Positions 13,643 through 26,333 of a stretch of DNA of 64,000 bases are shown here, piece by piece. Source of the DNA: Piromyces finnis finn (lineage: Eukaryota > Fungi > Neocallimastigomycota); contig MCFH01000024.1 of the NCBI GenBank assembly GCA_002104945.1, positions 1-64,000 of the forward strand. Reading direction: 5' to 3'. The position numbers and the translations under genes are program-made. Every line of letters begins with the position of its first letter. The first letter of the stretch is position 1. The notes under the pieces were generated by a model. The model was not told the origin of the DNA. It did not search any database and saw only the letters and a program-made list of their open reading frames with translations.

Positions 13643-15482
13643 TTACATCACATTTTTTTTATAGATAGCTATTCCATATTTAATAATTTTTTCATTCTTT
13701 TTGTTTAAACTTTTACCATTAAATATTAATTCTTCATTATAATCCAATGCTTCATAACAATATTCTTCAAACTCAACATCATCTGGTTTTTCCTTTATTA
13801 TAATATAAAAAATTTTTGATGAAGTTTCATAATCAACATTATCATTTTGATATTTCTTATCAACAAATAGTAATTCACGAATATTTTCTTTTTCATTAAA
13901 ATTACTCTTAGTAATAATTTTATAACCGTCATCTAAACATAACAATGAATAGATAATAGCATAATAATTATCTAAGTAACTAGGTTGGTTATGGTTATCA
14001 TAATAGTTGACTTTGTTCATATTATTTTCAAGAAATTCTTTTATTCTTTCTTCATCATAATATTTTATAAAATTATTAATTCCATTAATTATTTCCTTAT
14101 TATTTTTATACAAATTCTTTTTCCATTCAATGAATTTATTTTTAATTCTTCAATAGCTTTATTTCTTATTATTAATTTTTTATTATTTTCATCTTCTGTA
14201 TTAATATCAATCAAATAACCATATTCAATAAATAATGACCAAATAATTTCTCGATGATCTTTATATCTATTTTTTTTAATATGTTAAAAATTGAAAATTT
14301 AGGAATTGACTTTTTTATATATCCATTTTTTAAAAGATAATCAATATCTTTGATCAAAATGGGATCAAAATCACTAAATACTTCATTAAAAAATTCTTTT
14401 TCTTGTAAAGAAAGATTATTATACGATTATTCTGATAAAATCTTTTTTATACAATCACATACACAAGATATATCATAATATTTAACTTTATTACTATCAT
14501 AATCATTATTAATATCTTTATTATTATTAGAAAGTGTGGATGAAATTAAAATATTTATTTTATTTGTTTTATTTGTATTATTGATATCCGTTGAATTTAA
14601 AGATAATAATGTACTTTCAATATTATTATAATATTTTTCAAACAATTCACTTTTATTTTTTAATTTTAATTTATCTAAAAGTTTTCTCAATTCAAAATTG
14701 GTTATACTATAATATTCAATATATTTATTATTAAATATAGAGTAATTTCTTGAATCAAAATTACTAAATAATTTAATATTAATTTTTCCAGTAATAAATG
14801 TTTTAAATAAATAAGCATATTTATAATTGTTTTCAAAAATTTTTTTAAAAACATTTATGTAGAATGTATAAAACTCATCATAAAAATCTTTATTTAAAGC
14901 ATTTAATATGGGTGAATCATAGTTGTCAATTAATAATACGATTTTTCTTTTCAATAAATTTTTTAAATTATTACATAAAAAACCAATTGAAACTATTAAG
15001 TCTTCTTCATCAACATCATTACATTCTTGAAAAGATTCCCATATTTTTTTATCATCTTTTAAATTAGTAATATCAACATCTTTATAGCATTCATATAAAT
15101 CTCGAATAAACCTTTTAAATTTTTTAATCGTATCGTTAAAATAATTTCCAATTTGGAAAGTATTAAAATCAATATATACTACTGAATATTTTCCTTGATA
15201 AAGATCAATATAACTTTCACCACCTTTAAATTCTTTTGCTATATTTAATTCTTCAAAAAACTCTCTATTCTTTGAAACATTTTCATTTTCATAATTCATT
15301 TCAAAAAAATAGCGCATCATATATAAATTAACAGTCTTTCCACTTGAAGGTCCAGTAATACAAAATATCTTTGAACAATCATCTATAAATTTTTTTATTA
15401 ACTCGTCTTTTGTTAATTTTCTTTTTTTCTCGGGGGATTCAGCAGAAGAATTGTGAACCTCTTCATCATTCTGCCGTTTCAT
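13643..15482 (-). pseudogene. Degenerate AAA-ATPase-like + nuclease-like module (copy 2, first module), frameshifted
   Basis: ORF 14427..15482 has TGPSSGKTVNLYMMRYFFE (altered Walker A) and LLIDNYD (altered Walker B). ORF 13643..14113 ends in KYGIAIYKK like the other copies but lacks the GRYD/ExK motif. Confidence 0.75.
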
Positions 15483-15743
15483 TTTTACTTTTTTTTTTAT
15501 TTTTTTTATATATTACCTTTTTTTTTGTTATTGTTGTTGTGTTGCTTGATAAAATATAATTTTTATTTTTGTTGAAATAACTCATCTTATATATAAAATT
15601 TATGATAATATGATATAAAAATAATATGTGACTTGAACATATTATTATATTAGTAATTTTTCCTAATATTAAATTTATATAGATTTATTATAATATTAAT
15701 TATTTCTACAATGTATAAGAATATAATGTAAATGTACGACAAA

Positions 15744-15960
15744 TGTAATATCATGTAATGTAAAAGAGTATTGTAAATGAATGATCCATATAGTTCCAGC
15801 CTTATAATTGGACAATTAATTACTAAGTAAGCCTCATTAGTATAAATAGACTAGAATAAATATTATTAAAAAGGGCTTCTTGTTTTAGTTAGAATTTTAA
15901 TATTTGACAACGACAGAACGTTTTAGTATTTAGACAGAATAGAAATATTGGAACGTTATA
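15744..15960 (+). mobile_element. Possible solo LTR remnant
   Basis: About 220 bp, less AT-rich than the flanks, starting TGTAATATCATG and containing TATAAATAG and AATAAA. The end (CGTTATAGA) is not a clean CA and no convincing TSD is present. Confidence 0.25.
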
Positions 15961-16898
15961 GATAAAATTGTTAATAAAATATATATTAATTAAAGTTTAA
16001 TTCTTTCTACATAAAATTAACCCGTATCAAATATATGGTCACATGACTCTATATCTGATTCAAATATAAAATTTATATAATATAGAGTAGGGTCACTACT
16101 TGAATTTGATATCCAATTCTTTTTTGATGATGTCATTTAGTATTAGCTTGTTTTTACTTTATCCTATTGGGTGGTTAAATCTAAATCTAGTATTAGTAAT
16201 TATTTTCTTTTCTTATTAATAATTCACATCTCTTTGATTATTATATTTTCCTATTAAATAATAATAAATTTTTAATATGCTTTATATGTATTTCTTAATT
16301 ATTAATTATATTGAATACACAAATAAAAAAATAATATTTTTATTTATAATGATGAAAACATTATAAGTATGTTATATACTAAATAACAACATTTCATTAT
16401 ATAAAGTAATTGTAATAATACAAGGTACAATTTCTGTATTTATACACTTTCATTCATCATCATCCGATTAAATAATTAAAAGAGTAATAAATATAAAAAT
16501 ATATTATATATATAATAAATTCATTATATTTTTAATATATAATAACTATCTATTTAAAAACTCTTTTTTTTTTTTCTTTTTTCCTTTTAATACTATTATT
16601 CAATATTTATTATTTATTTATTTATTATTTTATTTATTTATTTATTTATAAATTAAATATTTTTATTAATTTAAGGCATGGATTAAACTTAGCCACCACC
16701 ATTAACTTTATTCAAAAAGTTTTTTAATTACAATTTACTTTTTCATTTTAAATAGAATAATGAATAGAATAATAGAATAATGGCATTCATAATAAATATT
16801 ATAAAATATTATAAATGTAAATAAAGGAAAAATAAAAATGTAGAGTATGCATTTTTATTAAAAATAATAAATAAAAAAAAAGGTAGGTGTTATTATGC

Positions 16899-17004
16899 GA
16901 TTTTAATATTAATATATTTTAAATTGTGTTGTTTTTTTAAAGTATTCCTTGTATTGAAAAAATCCCATAATAAATTCACTTTTTAATATGATATTAACTG
17001 AATA
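16899..17004 (+). repeat. Dispersed repeat, second copy at 56187-56273
   Basis: 32-nt exact match GATTTTAATATTAATATATTTTAAATTGTGTT, plus a second block CCATAATAAATTCACTTTT..GATATTAACT in both copies. Confidence 0.75.
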
Positions 17005-17544
17005 GATTATGTAATCTGTATTTATAAAAGATGAATCCTTAATATAGAAAGATATATTAGCATCCACAATAAGTATAATTCTAACATATCTTACTGTACA
17101 CTATTAATAAAATATTCAAAATTCATAATTTTAATAATATTAAAATAATGATATAACTAAAGATTAACATTACAAGATATTATTTCCTCTTTCCACTTTC
17201 TTATTCATACCTATTTAATTTGTGCCACATAATATATGAATTATGGTTTATACCTTTGACCTATTACAATCAATACATTAACCATTGTAATACATTCTTA
17301 AAGTTGTTTTTTTTTTATTTAATCAGCATTTAAAAAAGTGGAAGAAAAGAATCCTTTTTCCATTTCTTAATAAAAACAATTAATATAATTTTATTTTTAT
17401 TTTTATGAAAGGAATGAATTATGAAGGGGAATGATTAGATTCCTATGTTGATTTTAATATTATAAAATCAATACTTTATTATTAATCAATGAATGAATAA
17501 TAAAATGTTTATGATAGTCATTATGAACTAATTACAACTTTAAA

Positions 17545-17592
17545 TAAAATAAAATAAAATAAAATAAAATAAAATAAAATAAAATAAAATAA
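17545..17592. repeat. (AAAAT)n microsatellite
   Basis: Seen directly. Confidence 0.85.
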
Positions 17593-17701
17593 CCTTTTAA
17601 AAAAAAGGTCAAGAACGATGCTATGAAAATGCTTAAAAATGGTTTAGATCAATTATTATTTTTTTAATCTAACTATAATTAATATTTAATATTCAATTAG
17701 C

Positions 17702-17732
<31 letters not shown>

Positions 17733-18681
17733 TATGTATTTTAAATCTATTTTTTTTTTATTATTAAAAAATGACCATATCTATTTAATAAATCTAAATT
17801 AATTCTCTTAAAAAAAATAATAGAAATACTTTATAATAGTTTCTATATAAAAAACCATACTTTAAAATTATTAAAATATAAAATAGAATAATGATTTACT
17901 AAATAATGTTCATACTATATTCACATTCAATACTATATTCAATACAAAATTCAAAAAGTATTTCACTACCGTTGTTTTGTGTCACCTAGCTAAAATATTC
18001 AATAATACTAAACCTTCGTATGATATATATTACCAACAAAATCCTCTAGATTATACAGCTACAGTACCACCAGCTTATTATAAATAAATTTCCTATTTAA
18101 TATAAGATAATTATTATTATTATCTTTAACTTTACATTTTATATTTTTACATAGTTTTTCAAAAAAAATTTATTGTATCAAAGATTACTAATAAATGATA
18201 AATATTACATAAAATAATAAAAAATAGGGTAAACTCTACAAAAAATAAACATCATTTATTTATTTTAAAATAAACAAAATAATATTAACACCTTTCCTTC
18301 ATATTTTTATATATGAGATAATATAAAAAGAAATTAATAATAAATATATATTATTAAATTTAATCATTATTTATTATTATTATTTATTGATAATATTTGA
18401 AAATCTATAAAAATAATATAAATTTTAAGAATATTCATATTTATATTAAAAAGACCACTTTTTATTTCATTTATTTTATAATAATTAGAATTTTAATTTA
18501 TTCTATGTAAATTAAAATTTATTCTTTTTTAAAGTTTATTTTATAGTTAATATTAATAAAAATAAAACTTTATTCTATGTGATGGACAATAAATAAAAAA
18601 AAAAAAATATAAATAATAGTTGGAGTAACAATAATTATAATTATACTAATAATAAAATATAAAAAATATAAAAAATATAAA

Positions 18682-19341
18682 ATGGGTTTTTTTGATAAAT
18701 GCCTTTGTTGTTGTTGTTTAACAAAAGAAACGTCTGTTAAACTTTGTACATACTTCTTGTAAGTTGCTCAAAATGATTGTTTAAATTAAAATATTATTTT
18801 TTTTTAATATTTTACTTTACTTTATTCTTTTCTTATAAAAATTAAAGATTTTCGAACTTTTACCTGGATTATATTCAATATTTTTAGGTGGTATTCATAT
18901 TTATAATTCTTTAATTGTTATTGGCTTTGTTGTTACTCTTATATTTTTACTTTTTGGAATAAAAAATGTAACTTGAAATAATCATAAAATATATATAATT
19001 AAGAAAAAAAAATTGAATAAACTATTTACTTTTAAATAATTTAAAAATGATTAAATTCATAAAAAAATGTAGAATAATACAAAATGTTTGAAACAATTTA
19101 ATTTCTCTTTTGCTGTATTTTTAGTCTTTAGAGTAATAAACTATGCAATCGTTATTACTAATTATGTAATAACTTATAGAGCCACTTTTAATCCTGAGTT
19201 TCTTGAAGAATTTAAAAATAATATGGAAATTTACTCTAAAACGAATATAGGTGAAGATACAAATGTAAATGATTTATTAGTGAAAAATATTATGAAATTA
19301 ACGAGAAATATTACTTGTTTAGTTATTAGATGTAAGTAAAG

Positions 19342-19374
<33 letters not shown>

Positions 19375-19560
19375 GAAAATAAATTTTTTAAATATACAAA
19401 ACACAAAATATATACAATTAAAAAAAAACTAAAATATTAAAATAATTATTTAAATAGATTGATTATTATTTATTTACCTGTCATTATATAAAAGAAACTT
19501 TTGAAATTATAAATTCTATTGAATATAATAGAAAAATTAAAAGTGATATCAGAAGGAATA
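18682..19560 (+). pseudogene. Small multi-exon multipass membrane protein gene with splice-phase conflicts
   Basis: Exon-like pieces MGFFDKCLCCCCLTKETSVKLCTYF / IFELLPGLYSIFLGGIHIYNSLIVIGFVVTLIFLLFGIKN / NNTKCLKQFNFSFAVFLVFRVINYAIV... / IDYYLFTCHYIKETF... have GT-AG borders. Introns 1 and 3 do not preserve frame as sequenced. Confidence 0.5.
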
Positions 19561-22500
19561 ATACTCAATATAAATAAAAATAATAGAATAAATCATTAAA
19601 ATACAAAATACAAAAACTGTTTTATAGCATTTAAAAAAAAAGATAATAATATATATTTTATCTTTAAAAGATATTTTTTTATAAAAACTATTCTTTTATA
19701 TTAATAATCCTTTTATTTTTTGTTTTTTTGAGTAAAAATAATAAAAACAAAATTTTTGTATTTAATAATGTTTTATCTTTGTTTATGTCCAATCATTTTT
19801 GAAAAACTTTGTATCACGTTACACTATTAGAAATTAAAAGTTTAGGAAATAATTATTCATAAATTATATTAAGATATGATATAACTCGGTTCAATACAAT
19901 TTTATTTTTAAGGGTTTTTGTGATAATTACTTAATTTTATTAATAATAATTTTTAATACAAGACGTGTTTTTAATAATTCATAATTTTCATAATATATAC
20001 TAGATATTTAATTTAAGAATAATTAATATAAAATTTAATTTAGAACTAGTAATAATATAAATATAATAAAATTAATAATAATATATAAAATAAATATAGA
20101 AACATTAATAAAATAAGGAATAACATTTATTTATGTACAATAATTTCTCGTGATAATCATAATTTAAATATACGCCACGACTATGATTTTTTATGTAAAC
20201 TTAAGATTTTTGTAGTAAATAAATTTATGGATTTTATGTAATTATTATAAATTTACCAATTTATAATAATTAAGGTTTATATTTTATATTTTATATCAGA
20301 TATTAATAATTAATAAAAAGTCTTTTTAAATAAATAGAAATAAAAAAAATGTAATTTAACGTTAGTTAATAATTTTTATATGACTCTAATAATGATAAAT
20401 ATCTTTAAAGTGGACTTCCATATATAGAAATTATTAATAAATTGAATTTATTCATTTATTCTAATAGTTTGATTTCCAACGTCATCCGAAATTTTAACGA
20501 TATTATCTTCGCTTCGATTTCTAACCAAAGTTATTTTTTTTTTTATAAAAATATATACTTAAAAATGAATTTTAAAATGAATTTCATTAGTAAAATTTAT
20601 ATTTTCCATTTTGAATGGAAAAGAAAAATTACTAATAAAAATGTATTATTTAAATTTCCAATGGTATCATCAAATTCTAATTTGTTTTTTATTTAAAAAT
20701 AAAATAATAATAAAACAAAAAAAAAACTTTTATTATATATTATATTTTATAGTATGTAATTTATTTAATTTTTGTTAATAAACTTAAATAAATATTAAAA
20801 ATTGATTTTTTTTTTTTCCTGATGAAAAATATATAAATATATAAAGGTATATTACACCTTTGCAGATTTAGTTGAAAATTATTATCACTTTTATTTTCTT
20901 TTAATTTTGTATAGTTATGGATTTAACAAATAACCTATTCTCAAAATAAATAGGATATATACAAGATATAGGTATTCCAAAGGAATATCGACGTATTATT
21001 AACACATTATAAGTTATATATACATATTGATTAGACAAATATTTATTTAACATTTGAATGAAAAGCTTTTAAATTTAGTATTCTTTTTCCATTATTATGT
21101 ATTTTCAAAAAAAAAAAAAATCTAAAAGTGGATTAAATAAAATATACTAATAGATATTTAAAGTCATATCTTTATTTAATAATAATATAAAAATAAAAAA
21201 TTGTTAAATAAATCAGACTATGAAATATAGTTTTTTTATAACAATATATTAAAGTATTTTGAATATTTTATGAAGGATCTTTTAAATTAGAAATTAATAT
21301 AAAGGTAATATTTTTTTTCAAAGGTAGAAATGATAGAGATTCCTATTAAAAATGTATACGTAATTAATAAAAATGTAGATGTATGTAATCATAATTGTAT
21401 CATTCATTTTTATTACAACTCTTTATAACATAGGATATATATTCTAATTATTATTATTATTATTTAGTTTTTGAAAATATAAAGTGTTTGTTTATTTCCA
21501 CATAGTTTTTCTTTTTAATAATAATAATAATTCTATTCCACATAATAAATTCCCTATAATTTCTATTTTTACTTTTTTTTTCTTCTATTCTATCAACGAA
21601 AAGAAAAGGGAGAAAAAAAAATAAATATATTAAAAAAAGGCAAAATTAAATGAATATATTTTCATTTTCTGGAAAAATAAAAAAAAATTCCATTTATTCA
21701 ATTATGATATATTAAAAAATAAATAGAATATTTTATAAACTGTTATTTTGAGGTTAAATAAGTATACAATAGTACATTATTACACTCTATGACAAATAGT
21801 GTAAAATGTATATCATAAAGTACACTAAAAAGTAAAAAAAAATATACTATAGATAATGTAGAATATACATTAAATATCTTGTAATATTAACAATAAAAGT
21901 ATTTTCATTATATGAATTGAGAGTTAAACAAACACAAGTGTGAGAAAAAAGGAAATGTAACATGAATTTATGTAATTTTATGTAATTTTAAGTAATAAAA
22001 AAAAATCATTTTTATATTTATTAAGGTTTATTCATTTATTACTTATTTTTATTTAATTTATAATAAATTTCATAATCCATCTTTTATGGAAATGGCAAAC
22101 ATTATCCATTCACATAATTGGTGTATTTTTAATATTCCATAAATTAATTAAAATAAATGGAAATTTAATTTTTAAAAAAAAATTATTTGTTACACAAATA
22201 ATGAATGAAGAGGAAAAAAAAAAAAGTACATAATGATAGGAATCTCTTTAAATTTGAATGGTAATAATAATTTTATTAAAAGTATTTTATAAATTTTATA
22301 CTTTTTTTAAAGAAGAATATAAACCATTAAAGAATAAAAGGTGATAATTCCACAAAATAAACTAAACCAGTAATTAATATAAAATGTATACAAAATAAAT
22401 TATGTTTTTATATTCATATATTTTTTTAAAACGAATTTATTTTTTTTTTTTTAATCTATTTTTTGTATTACAAGATTTTGACTAAATATTAAATATCATT

Positions 22501-22770
22501 TTTTTTATAAAATGTTATTGGTCAATATTAAATGGATCGACATATCAATCTATACAATTTAATTAATTTATAAATAATCTTGGTGAATCAAATTTTTGTT
22601 GGAAAATGAAAAAAATTAAAAAATTATATAAATAAAATTTATTTTCCATTTTTTTTTTACAAAAAACAAAACAAAAAAAAAAAAATAATTAAAAAAAAAG
22701 TAAATAAATAAATAGAATTATTATTATAAAATAAAAAAAAATAAAAATATATAGAATTATAGAAAATAAA

Positions 22771-23835
22771 ATGAGTTTATTAAAATATTTTGTTTGTGCT
22801 TTATTTGCACTTGTTGAATTAGTTTTTTCTCAATCTGTTGTAAGTACTAAAGGATATGACAAAGAACTTTTTACTGTCAATTTAATTGAAACTAAGAAAT
22901 ACACAGTTGAAGGTCATACCTGTACTGTTGATATGATTTATCTTGAGGGTTCCTGTGCTGGTGAACAATTCAATGGTGAACTTATTTTCAAAGACAGCAG
23001 TAATGTTGTTAAATATTTCAATGATGGTAGAATTGAATCAACTGCCAGATATTTTATCAATGGTACTGATATTAATAACAATGTTGCTCGTCTTCATGTT
23101 GAAGATATTTTTGTTGGTTTTGATGACAATGAACATCCAATTACTAGACCAAACCTTATTGCTGATATTGAAGAATTAGCTTGGATTCAAACTGCCGATG
23201 TTATTGGTATTATGGAAGAAACTAAGGAAGGAAAATTAGTTCGTTACATGTGGAATGAAAACAATAAGAAATCATACCCAGTTGCTAAATATCCAGATGA
23301 AACTAAGAATTATTCCAAGAAAATTTTAACCATTGATGTTATGATTCCAGGTTTAGGTTTTGATGGTATTCGTGGTCCAGAAGCTAGTGTTGGAAAGCTT
23401 GGTTTTACTTGTGGTGCCAATACTCCAGAATTCCAAGGAGAAGGTGTTGATTACTTTGTTGATACTAGATATGATTACACTGGTCAACCACAAATTATTT
23501 CTGCTCGTTATATCATTGAAGGTAAGGATGATGAGGGTAATCCAATGAAGATTTACGTCGAAAACAATGGTGTTGATGACTTTGGTGACAATTTAAATGT
23601 TAGAACCGAACCATTTATTATTACTGATAATCCAAAATGGGCTTGGATTGAAACTGCTCCACTTCACGGTACTCATTCTGACGTCGCTCTTCAAATCTTT
23701 TTCTGGACCGTTGAAGGTGCCGATCAAAACCAACCAGAAGAACCAGAATCCTCAGAAGATATGGATGAACCACAAAACATAGATTCCCAAAATGAACCAG
23801 AAGAAATTGAAGATTCAGAAGAATCTGAACAATAA
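22771..23835 (+). CDS. Secreted protein with two DUF3237-like (UPF0311) domains and an acidic tail
   Basis: N-terminal signal-like peptide. Two similar halves (STARYFINGTD..TRPNLIAD..LAWI; ISARYIIEGKDDEG..IYVENNG..RTEPFIITDNPKWAWI). Intronless. Confidence 0.75.
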   Translation: MSLLKYFVCALFALVELVFSQSVVSTKGYDKELFTVNLIETKKYTVEGHTCTVDMIYLEGSCAGEQFNGELIFKDSSNVVKYFNDGRIESTARYFINGTDINNNVARLHVEDIFVGFDDNEHPITRPNLIADIEELAWIQTADVIGIMEETKEGKLVRYMWNENNKKSYPVAKYPDETKNYSKKILTIDVMIPGLGFDGIRGPEASVGKLGFTCGANTPEFQGEGVDYFVDTRYDYTGQPQIISARYIIEGKDDEGNPMKIYVENNGVDDFGDNLNVRTEPFIITDNPKWAWIETAPLHGTHSDVALQIFFWTVEGADQNQPEEPESSEDMDEPQNIDSQNEPEEIEDSEESEQ

Positions 23836-25917
23836 AAATATTTATATTTTAAATAAACAAAAAGTAATTCAAACAATAAAAAAAACTAATATAAAAAATA
23901 AGAATAATCCATCTACATTACTAAATAATAATGGATCATGTTATTATAAAATACTATGATATAGAAAAATAAAATTTTATTATTAATTAATTTATATAAA
24001 AACATGATAATGAAAAAAAAGGTATCCTATCTACCTAACTATATAAATAATAGAAATAGAAAAATAAAAAAGTATATAAAATGTATTTTTTTTTTTTAAT
24101 CTAAAGTAATCAAGTAAAATAAAATAACTAAAATAATCAAAAAAATAAAAATAAAAATAAAAAGCTATTATATTTTTTTAAAAAGTTTAAAAATTTGTTT
24201 ATGTAATTAAAAGGTTTTATTCATTTACAAATTGGAAATGAATTTATTTCTTTAAAGAATTGAATGTTTAATTATTTTAAGGGTGTTAATGAAATATAGC
24301 TAGGCCAAATTCAGAATACTTCCTAATATAATATAAACTCAAACCATTTGAATCTTTTTTGAATTTCATTTATTTTTATGTTCAATCCATGGTTAGTTGT
24401 TTAATATTAATAAATAGTGTAATTATTTATTCAATTTATATAAAACAATGTAAAAAAGAAAAGGAATTTATATATATAACATTAGTGATATATTAAAATA
24501 ATACTGTAGTTTCCAGCTTCATGTAATCTATCCTATACCGTAAATAAAAAAGTTTAATACTAGTATTCTTTGTATATTTAGATTCATGATTCTAATACAT
24601 CTTTAGATAAATCCATTCCTTAACCATCTGTAATGAAGAATGAATATAAAATATTAAATACATTACTAGATATCTAAAGTACAATAGTTGACCAACAGTT
24701 GTTTAAAGTGTTGATATCGATATTTTGATACAGAATCGAATGACTATAATAATGTACAAGGAATTAGCATCGAAGAATGGAAAGTGTTAGTGACCTTTTC
24801 GTTTTTTTTTTTCACTATGAAGTTTTCTTTTATTTCATTTTAATTTTTTTTTTATTTTTTTTTTTTTGTATATTTTAATTCAATTAAAAAATTAATAAAT
24901 AAAAATTATAAAAACGTAAAATAGGAAGGATTCATGTTATAAATTACTTTTTTTTTTTTAAATATAAAAAAATGTATTTAAATGTTAATTTCCCCTTTTT
25001 TTTTTTTTTTTTATGAATAAATTTTTCATTTTTATCTTTTCAAAAAGATATATTTTTAATTAATCAACCTTTTTTTTTTTTTTTTTACCCAATTTCCTTA
25101 TCTTTTACAATTTTTTTAAAAAGTTTGGTATTTCTCCATTCTTTTTAACATTTATTTTAATACATTCTGTATACATTATTCATATTAAATCAATTTTTTT
25201 TTTTAAATTTCATATGATAATTTAATATAGTTTTAATATATTAAATTTTTGATATTTTGATAGAATATAATAAAAAAAAAATAATTTTTAAAAAATAATG
25301 ATTAACTCATCTTTTCAAGTATAGTAGATTATTATTTAGTTACTAAGGCTTCTTTATTTTCAAAAAAAAAAAAAAAGAAATAATTAACTAATACAATAAG
25401 CATTAGTAATAATAAAAAAAGTGAAATTAAAGAATAACATCGGTTTAAAAGTAATTAATAAAACTTTTAATAAATATTTTTAGTTCCCCCTAACTTTAAA
25501 AAAGTTTTAATTTATAAAGATAATATATTAAATAATATTAAATAATAATTTATTTTATTTTATTCTATTTTATTATAATATTAAATAATTTATTATATAA
25601 AACAATTTTAATATAAAAAAATTGGAAATTACCTCTACTAAAAGGTTGAAGAGGTTGTTGCTAGAAAAATAATTTTTATTTTTAGTTTTAGAAAGTGTTT
25701 TTTTTTTTTTAATAAATAAATAATAATTTTATTATTTTATTCTTTTATTATTATTATCTTATAATATTTAAAGGAATTTCAATTTCAAATTCTTTTTTTT
25801 TTTTTTTTTTTATTCAATGGCAAAAGGGCAGGTAAATTTTATAAAAAATTTACTAATCCACCAATTTAAAAAAAAAAAAAAATGATAAATAATATTAAAA
25901 AAATTAATTAAAATAAT

Positions 25918-25948
<31 letters not shown>

Positions 25949-26333
25949 TTCTTTTCAATTAGGTAAAATCTTTTTTTAAAAAAAAAGGAATAAAGAAATG
26001 AAATCATTGGTTTAATTAATTATGTTTTAAAAAGTATAAATACTAATGGTAAATCCTTTTTTTTTTTTTCTTTGAAAAAAAATTATTTAAAAATACTAAT
26101 AGTAAATAAAGATACAACTTTTATATTTTTTTTAAAAAAAAAAGGAAATATATATAATCTTTTATATTTATTAAAATTATCTCTATCTATTTACATTTAT
26201 TACTATTTCTTTTCATAAAAAAAAAAAATATATATTAATATATACTAAATATTTAAATAAATAAATAAATATAACAAGATATATCTCCCAAAATTAAACA
26301 ATAATAGCAGTTATAAAGAAAAATAATTAAACC

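Noticed and set aside
24500-24800. Slightly GC-richer patch, possibly a transposon relic
   Set aside because: No frame gives a recognisable motif; no termini found.
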